Source of the DNA: Blautia sp.
GTDB taxonomy: Bacteria > Bacillota > Clostridia > Lachnospirales > Lachnospiraceae
Length of the DNA stretch: 64,000 nucleotides
Reading direction: 5' to 3'
NCBI GenBank assembly: GCA_047014865.1
Contig: JBKXQO010000001.1
Coordinates: 4,089-68,088, forward strand
The translations under genes and the position numbers were made by a program. The notes below the pieces were generated by a model. It worked only from the letters and a program-made list of their open reading frames with translations. It had not been told where the DNA came from and made no database searches. Of the stretch, positions 57,523 to 64,000 are shown piece after piece; the stretch's first letter is position 1; each line of letters begins with the position of its first letter.

Positions 57523-58614
57523 CTACATTCCCTCCGTCAGAAAAATTCCATCCTGAATCTTATGTTCCGGTTTATACGGATGATTCACAATCTGTGTTCC
57601 CTTCGTCATAAATGAACAATGACCGCCGTCCAGGTTGTAAGCTGCTTTACATCCAAGTTGTTCAAACAAACCAGACATTTCCTCCAAGAACATTCCCCGT
57701 GTACTGTCCTGTCTCCCATCCACCACCAGCAGACAATAATGACCCGGTTCATAATATCCGATAGCAGTTCTCGGATGAGATTTGCGGATGTAGTCCCATG
57801 TACGAAAAGATTTCTTGGCCTTTCCGTTTCCATCCAACAAGCTTGGTCCAAAAATCCAGCTCTGGTAAGCCCCATCGTCGATTAATTTCTGTACGTCTAA
57901 CTCGCCCGGTGAATAGATTTTCATGGTACCGTCCCAGTTCAAGACACAAGTTTCCATATCCGTGGAGCTGGAGCGATAGACAATCCCATTGCGGATAATC
58001 GTTCCATTGTCCACATGCCTGCTGTTGCTGTAAGAATCACCGTTCGTCGCCAAAACCGACTTCATATGATCCGACATATCGGTAAGTTTCTCCTCATACC
58101 CTACTCCGTAGGTGTCCTGGGCAAAAGCAGACTGGAGGCAGGTAATATCTCCTACATAGATATCTGCCAGTACATAGGAAATATTCTTTCCATATTTCTT
58201 AAATGTCCCGTCGCCCGACGTATCCAGTTGGTCTGTCTGGACAGTGTTTGATGTCAATTGAATGGAAAGGTTGGGACTGGTATAGGTGGTATCTGTGGAT
58301 ACCACCTGGTCCGTAAATTTATCTGCAAATTTCTGATGCCAGTCCTGGGTATCCAACTTCACTTTCGTCGCCTGCAACCCATTACCACCCGTCTCAAGCA
58401 GGTTTTGGATTTTGTGTTCTTTCTCAGTAACCTGCGGATCAGTCCAACTGAGATTCCTCTGATTTGTCGCTATGTTTTTATCTTGCTCTGAGGATGCCAA
58501 CACAGTCTGCGCTTGAATGCCCTTCTGTGGAATCAAGTAATTTACTCCCCATATTCCTGTCACCAACAAAGCTGCAATTAGCACATCTACTCCAAATACA
58601 ACTATTTTTTTCAT
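57523..58614 (-). CDS. Phosphodiester glycosidase (NAGPA-like) family protein
   Basis: ATNGD, FGP.L, HPRTAIG, VVDGRQ, AYNLDGG. Confidence 0.85.
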   Translation of the reverse strand: MKKIVVFGVDVLIAALLVTGIWGVNYLIPQKGIQAQTVLASSEQDKNIATNQRNLSWTDPQVTEKEHKIQNLLETGGNGLQATKVKLDTQDWHQKFADKFTDQVVSTDTTYTSPNLSIQLTSNTVQTDQLDTSGDGTFKKYGKNISYVLADIYVGDITCLQSAFAQDTYGVGYEEKLTDMSDHMKSVLATNGDSYSNSRHVDNGTIIRNGIVYRSSSTDMETCVLNWDGTMKIYSPGELDVQKLIDDGAYQSWIFGPSLLDGNGKAKKSFRTWDYIRKSHPRTAIGYYEPGHYCLLVVDGRQDSTRGMFLEEMSGLFEQLGCKAAYNLDGGHCSFMTKGTQIVNHPYKPEHKIQDGIFLTEGM

Positions 58615-59681
58615 AGACGTTCACCACTCTTTTCCATCGTATTCCATTGTATTTCTTTTTTTCTGAAAATCACTTTTTTCTGAACCATCCAACTCATCAA
58701 AAACAACAGCATTTCTGTTATTACTTTTGCAATATGTACTTCTACACACAGCCAGAATGTAAGTATCTGCAAGATTAAATTGTTAAACACCAGAATCATA
58801 CCTGCCAAAAGCAGATATTCCATTGCCGTCCTGATTGTCTCCTTCTTATGAAACACCACATGACAATTCATCATATAGTTGTACCCTGCGCTGACCACTC
58901 TCGCTCCCACATTGGCAGCGGCGATCTCCCACGAGGCCGCCGGCAACCAAAAGATCAGCAGGGCAAACACCACATAATCCAACAAAAAACTGGAAAAAGA
59001 GATCATTGAAAACTTTAAAAGATTTCTATAAATTCTCAACGAGTCACGAATTTTCCGAAAATGCGAGCAGCTATTATCCTCATCATGATAGATTGTCCGT
59101 ACCGGTACTTCTATCATTTCTATTGCCTGCTTTGCGCAGGTGACAAGGACGTTCATCTCATATTCATACCGCTCTCCAGGAATATCCAACATAAAATCCA
59201 ACAGCTTTGTGGAAAAGGCCCGAAGTCCGGTCTGTGTATCCGATACTTTCACCCCGCTTACCAACGAAAATATTTTCTTTGTCATTTGATTTCCCACTCT
59301 CGATTTCCACGGTACCTTCCCTTCCATTGCCCTGCACCCCAAGATAAGCGCTCCCGGATTCCTGGCTGCCCTCATCAAAAGCCTCTCCATATCGTCTGCC
59401 AAGTGCTGCCCATCTGCATCCATAATCCCAATAATGTTACACTCCCACAATTCTTCTTTTATATATTGAAGCGCCGTTTTGATGGCTTCTCCCTTTCCCT
59501 TGTTTTTGTCATGGTGTAACACGATACATTTCTCGCTCAAATCCCAGAAAAAGGAACGGTATATCTCATCGCTCCCATCATCTACGACAACGACCTGATT
59601 TTCCAGCTCCCAGTTTCGATCTACAATATCTCTCAGACACTCATCCGGATTTAACGCCGGTATAATGACAACTCGATCCAC
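58611..59681 (-). CDS. GT2 glycosyltransferase fused to GtrA domain
   Basis: VIIPALNP, VDDGS, NKGKG, DADGQH, DTQTGLR; C-terminal 4-TM GtrA. Confidence 0.9.
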   Translation of the reverse strand: MDRVVIIPALNPDECLRDIVDRNWELENQVVVVDDGSDEIYRSFFWDLSEKCIVLHHDKNKGKGEAIKTALQYIKEELWECNIIGIMDADGQHLADDMERLLMRAARNPGALILGCRAMEGKVPWKSRVGNQMTKKIFSLVSGVKVSDTQTGLRAFSTKLLDFMLDIPGERYEYEMNVLVTCAKQAIEMIEVPVRTIYHDEDNSCSHFRKIRDSLRIYRNLLKFSMISFSSFLLDYVVFALLIFWLPAASWEIAAANVGARVVSAGYNYMMNCHVVFHKKETIRTAMEYLLLAGMILVFNNLILQILTFWLCVEVHIAKVITEMLLFLMSWMVQKKVIFRKKEIQWNTMEKSGERL

Positions 59682-59996
59682 TTAATCCCTTCTTTCTTTT
59701 ATGGTCTGCACATAGCTTACGGCACATGTCTAACCATTTTGCTGAAATTTTTTAAACAGTTTTTAAATTAATGAGAACATCACAGACAAGCTTTCATACT
59801 TTACCTGCAATGTTCTCGTTGAATATGGTTTCTTGCGACGACTTGATATCCGTTACCAATCAGAGTATCCCGGGCATTTGGAGATCATTTTTTTATCGGA
59901 ACGATTGAAGAATTCTCCAGGATTCCCCATTCAAAAAAATCTTGCGCGCGCAATTAGTTTTCTGTATAATGAGACTGCACCCAGAAGGAGGAAAGT

Positions 59997-60455
59997 ATGA
60001 AAATACTGAAATGGTTGTCTATCTCGGACCGATACGCGAAAATTTACCTTGATAAATCCCTAGAACCTCACTCTCTTAACAGCAGTCAACATATGTTTTT
60101 GATTAAAATCTGCTGCGAGCCAGGTATTTACCAAGATCAGCTTTTTCACGATTTTTATATTCATCCCAGCAATATAACGCGCGCTTTGGCTTATCTAGAA
60201 AAGGAAGGTTATATTCTCAAAGAGAGAGATGAACGGGATAAACGCACCAGCAGACTTTATCCGACGACGAAGGCTTTGCAAATTTATCCTGATATTATAA
60301 CGACTCTTGACAAACTATACAGGACCGCCTTAAAAGATTTCAGCGAGACGGATATCGCCACGCTTGAAGTTCTTCTGGAACGCTTAGGAAAAAATATACT
60401 TAAAAATCAAACAGAAGAAGGGGGAAAGACATGGAACAACAAAAGAATCCACTAG
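59997..60455 (+). CDS. MarR family transcriptional regulator
   Basis: SNITRALAYLEKEGYI...DKR winged helix. Confidence 0.88.
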   Translation: MKILKWLSISDRYAKIYLDKSLEPHSLNSSQHMFLIKICCEPGIYQDQLFHDFYIHPSNITRALAYLEKEGYILKERDERDKRTSRLYPTTKALQIYPDIITTLDKLYRTALKDFSETDIATLEVLLERLGKNILKNQTEEGGKTWNNKRIH

Positions 60456-61811
60456 GTTATGAGAGCTTACCAAGACTTTTAAGAGGCTACGCTATTCCAA
60501 GTATCGTCGCCATGTTGGTAAGTTCTCTATATAACATTGTCGATCAGATTTTTATCGGGCAGGGGGTTGGCTATCTAGGGAACGCCGCCACAAATGTGTC
60601 CTATCCACTCACAACCATCTGTCTGGCCATCCGCCTTATTGATCGGCGTGGGAAGCGCTTCGGGCTTTTCGCTATCTCTCGGGGCGGGAGATAAAAAAAA
60701 GGCCGGGTACTTCGTCGGCAACGCAATCAGCATGATGGTTATTTTAGGCGTTGTCTATCTAGGAGTCATCTTAATATTTTTAGATCCGCTATTGAAGACC
60801 TTTGGGGCAACAGAAGAAATTATGCCTTATGCAAAAAGCTATACGTCTATCACAGCATTTGGGATGCCCTTACTTATCATCACCAACACCATGAGCAATT
60901 TGATTCGTGCTGACGGACGCCCCAAATACTCTATGGCCTGTATGGTAATCGGCGCTATCGTCAATACAATTCTAGATCCGATTTTCATCTTTATCTTAGA
61001 TCTAGGTGTCGCGGGAGCCGCCTACGCCACCGTGATTGGGCAATTTTTTTCATTCTTAATGGCAGTCTTATACATACGCAAATTTCAGCACATTACCCTT
61101 GCGAAGGAACATCTTCGACTCAGACGGGCACAATGCGGGCAAATTGCAACCCTTGGAATGAGTAGCAGCTTAAATCAAGTTGCAATCACCTTCGTGCAGA
61201 TTGTTTTGAATAACTCTCTGACCTACTATGGAGCGAAATCTATCTACGGACAGGAAATTCCCCTGGCCGCTTGTGGGATTGTCATGAAGACAAACGCCAT
61301 TCTACTCTCGGTGATCATTGGTATCTCACAAGCGTCACAGCCAATCATTGGTTTCAATTACGGGGCCAAAAATTATCCTCGCGTTCGTGGAATTTATCAC
61401 TTAGCCATCAAATGCGTCCTTGTCATCTCGGCTTTTGGTTTTATTCTATTCCAGTGTTTTCCACGCCAAGTGATCTCTATCTTTGGCTCAGGAGACGACC
61501 TCTACTTCGAATTCGCAGTACGCTTCATGCGCATCTTCTTGTTCATGGTGATCGTCAATGGTGTGCAAATGATTTCATCCAATTTCTTTTCTGCCATCGG
61601 AAAACCATTAAAAGGAACCTTGCTCTCGCTGACACGCCAAGTGCTGTTTCTAATTCCTTTATTACTCGTCTTACCTTACTTCATGGGGATTGACGGTATT
61701 TTGTTCGCCGCACCTTGCGCCGACACCGTGGCGTTCTTAACATCCGTGTTCCTCATTTCCAGAGAGTTCCGAAAGATCCGTCAACTGGAGGCCCGGGGCG
61801 GTAGCAGATAA
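60431..61811 (+). pseudogene. MATE efflux transporter split by a 1-bp insertion frameshift (~60631)
   Basis: N-terminus in ORF 60431-60694, remainder in ORF 60594-61811; removing one C from ATCCGCC joins the frames (AIALLIG). Confidence 0.75.
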
Positions 61812-61863
61812 TTGCTATAAACATCAAGGAAGCGTAAGATTCTCCGCCTATGAGACAAACGAC

Positions 61864-61903
61864 AAAAATGCAAGAGACAGATATCTCTGAATCTTGCATT
61901 TTT
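61864..61903. terminator. Bidirectional terminator-like hairpin
   Basis: AAAAATGCAAGA...TCTTGCATTTTT. Confidence 0.55.
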
Positions 61904-61970
61904 TCTTTCACCAGATCGCGGTGCCACCGCGCCAAGACGATCTATGCCTCTTCAAATCCGGGGGCCGTCA

Positions 61971-62588
61971 TTATCGTATAAAACTCGTCAACACTTTCTC
62001 ATTCTCCGGGTGTACCAGACCCTGTTCTCTTCCCAGAGCAATACATTTTAAGATCCACGCCATATTTTTGCCGATATTGTACATGGTCATAAGACCTTCT
62101 TTATCTTCTTCCACCTGCTCTGGCTGCGCCCCGTAGACGTGATTCCAGTAAGTCGAGGAGACAACCGGCATGGAACAAATTGTAAAATATTTATTGATCA
62201 CATCAAAAGAGGCCGTCGTCCCCGCGCGCCTTGCAGAGAGAACAGCCGCCGCAGGTTTGTACTGAAAAGCCGCCCCTCCCGAGTAAAACGCCCGATCCAT
62301 GAAGCTCAACAGTCTGCCGCTTGGGTGAGCATAGTAGACTGGTGAGCCAAAGACAAACCCGTCTGCAGCTTTAGCTTTCTCTACAAACTCGTTCACGATA
62401 TCATCGAACACACACAAACCTGTCTCCTTACATTTTCTACAGGCAATGCAATCCGGCAACGGTGCGTTGCCAATAAAGAAATTTTCTGTCTCAATTCCCT
62501 CGCCGCTCAAAGCTCGCTCTACCTCTCTCAAGGCTGCGCCAGTACAGCCCCTCTGTCTAGAACTTCCATTCACAAGCAATACTTTCAT
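61971..62588 (-). CDS. Flavodoxin family (iron-sulfur flavoprotein-like) protein
   Basis: NGSSR, CIACRKC...C, GSPVYY. Confidence 0.88.
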   Translation of the reverse strand: MKVLLVNGSSRQRGCTGAALREVERALSGEGIETENFFIGNAPLPDCIACRKCKETGLCVFDDIVNEFVEKAKAADGFVFGSPVYYAHPSGRLLSFMDRAFYSGGAAFQYKPAAAVLSARRAGTTASFDVINKYFTICSMPVVSSTYWNHVYGAQPEQVEEDKEGLMTMYNIGKNMAWILKCIALGREQGLVHPENEKVLTSFIR

Positions 62589-62821
62589 TCAAATTCCTCC
62601 TATACTATCTTAAATTTATAGTCTAATTGTAACAACCGATTGTATGTATCTGTCAAGAGTTTCCCGCTCAAATTATTATTTTGCCACAAGAATTGACCTA
62701 CTTACGCTACTTTGCCATTCTATATTTTTCTTTTTCCTAAAGACCACAAATAAAAAAAATAGAAGAATTACATAAAACACAATTTCTCGTAAAAGGGCAA
62801 GGAATCATATTGCCCACCATT

Positions 62822-63106
62822 TTACCACGTTTTTCGATAAGAATACCAATGATTTCTATGAGGTATCAATACAGAAAACGGAAGCATCTCTTTTCCCTGT
62901 TCAGCCAGTTTTTCTTCCAGATAGTCACGGAGCTTCCAGACATCCGCAGGATTCGCTACGCCTTTTTCACATACCCCAAGAGCGTCCTCTAGCTCCTCCC
63001 TGGTAAACTGCAAGTCCCTCAACACTTTATCCTCTTCCCAGCCAAGCCTCTTATAATTTTCCCTTAGCTGTCTCGCCGTCATTCTTTTTTCTTCTGTTGT
63101 CAACAT
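62822..63106 (-). CDS. DUF2316-like hypothetical protein
   Basis: MLT.EE...T...L..N, VW.LRDYL, PFS.L pattern. Confidence 0.6.
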   Translation of the reverse strand: MLTTEEKRMTARQLRENYKRLGWEEDKVLRDLQFTREELEDALGVCEKGVANPADVWKLRDYLEEKLAEQGKEMLPFSVLIPHRNHWYSYRKTW

Positions 63107-63271
63107 ATAACATCTTCCTCCTCTTTAAGAAGACTCAAAGAAATCAGCCAGGGAATGACTCTAATCGCCTTTCCCTGACAGAATTCCATACCTCAAGATA
63201 ACTACCATAAATGTAAACTTAACCTGTCACAAAGTCAAGCGGCCTAGAGATCCCAGAAATGCCAAAGGACT

Positions 63272-64000
63272 TCACGGAGCCGTGAATGTACTCTCCGTGT
63301 AAATCCACTCTACCCAAATACTGGTTCTAGAACCATTTTGCGAGGCGAACGTGCGCACCTCACACAGAGACCAAAGTTTTGTGCTGGGATTTTGCTGCCT
63401 GATTCTCATCCAATGCATCTCCTGGGACATAGAGTACACAATATCGTCCAACAACAGACTGGTTGAGATCGTCACATTGTTGTTCGTCTGTGCGTCAATT
63501 GACGAGTCATAGATGCTCACTCGACGGATATCTGCCAAGACCGAAGTCCCGGCCGTAAGAGGTTGAATCGAAAGCCTCAAACTTGTAGATGAAGTATTTC
63601 TGACTACCAAAACGAGATTTTCCAGCGGTATGCTGGCCGTACTGCCCGTGGCTGCCAGATTCATATTATAGTATTCCGTATTTGATTTTAAATTTGGACT
63701 GACAATATCCTGCGTGCTAGTCCGAAACCGCACTTTGTACCCCGTCTTTGTGTTCTGCTCCACAGTGATCTGAGGAGTCTCCCCAGCCACCCCCTGCACT
63801 CCTTGCGGGCCTGTATTTCCCTGTACCCCTTGCACCCCCTGAATCCCATTGTCTCCCTTCTCCCCCTGAGGACCTGTGGCACCAGCAGGAAGTACAAAGT
63901 CTAGAGAAATTCCGTCCACTGTTGGATTGGCCACCACTGACGCTCTGTCCCCCGACGCGACGTTGCCCACTACAACCGTCGGTGTTGCCCCTGTCGCTCC
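63272..64000 (-). CDS. Collagen-like (Gly-X-Y) protein, 5' end outside the window
   Basis: GATGPQGEKGDNGIQGVQGVQGNTGPQG repeats; frame open to 64000. Confidence 0.8.
   Translation of the reverse strand, partial: GATGATPTVVVGNVASGDRASVVANPTVDGISLDFVLPAGATGPQGEKGDNGIQGVQGVQGNTGPQGVQGVAGETPQITVEQNTKTGYKVRFRTSTQDIVSPNLKSNTEYYNMNLAATGSTASIPLENLVLVVRNTSSTSLRLSIQPLTAGTSVLADIRRVSIYDSSIDAQTNNNVTISTSLLLDDIVYSMSQEMHWMRIRQQNPSTKLWSLCEVRTFASQNGSRTSIWVEWIYTESTFTAP

Noticed and set aside
63272..64000. Collagen-like gene as a phage tail fibre or second prophage
   Set aside because: No neighbouring phage genes in the window; such proteins are common spore/surface proteins in Clostridia.

Overview
Chromosomal window from a low/mid-GC Firmicute, probably a gut Clostridia/Lachnospiraceae-type organism (inferred from gene content). 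Most of it is transport, regulatory and catabolic genes: an MptD-like ECF/ABC module, ABC exporters, an Asp/Asn-type catabolic cluster with an atypical SHMT and an atypical asparaginase, a polyol/branched-sugar ABC-kinase-split-transketolase operon, MATEs, a two-component/cell-envelope cluster and a collagen-like gene. The standout is an ~8.7 kb phage-satellite (PICI-like) element at 24465-33168, bounded by a 13-bp direct repeat (TATTCTGTAACAA). It encodes a tyrosine integrase, a repressor/Cro switch with three operators, Xis, a primase-polymerase/AAA replicase, a TerS remnant, its own scaffold and major capsid protein, and a sigma-70-family factor. It has no portal, TerL or tail genes. Its non-coding DNA holds an unannotated type I toxin-antitoxin pair, a terminator-containing leader before the capsid operon, and what looks like a three-part RNA circuit. 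In that circuit a ~75-nt sRNA, the early-transcript leader and the RBS-sequestering integrase leader share complementary CGCCCA/UGGGCG loops. The element appears to have integrated into a CRP/FNR-like box at -41.5 of a host cupin promoter. No rRNA, tRNA or CRISPR array was seen. All calls come from reading the sequence by eye; no searches or folding programs were run.
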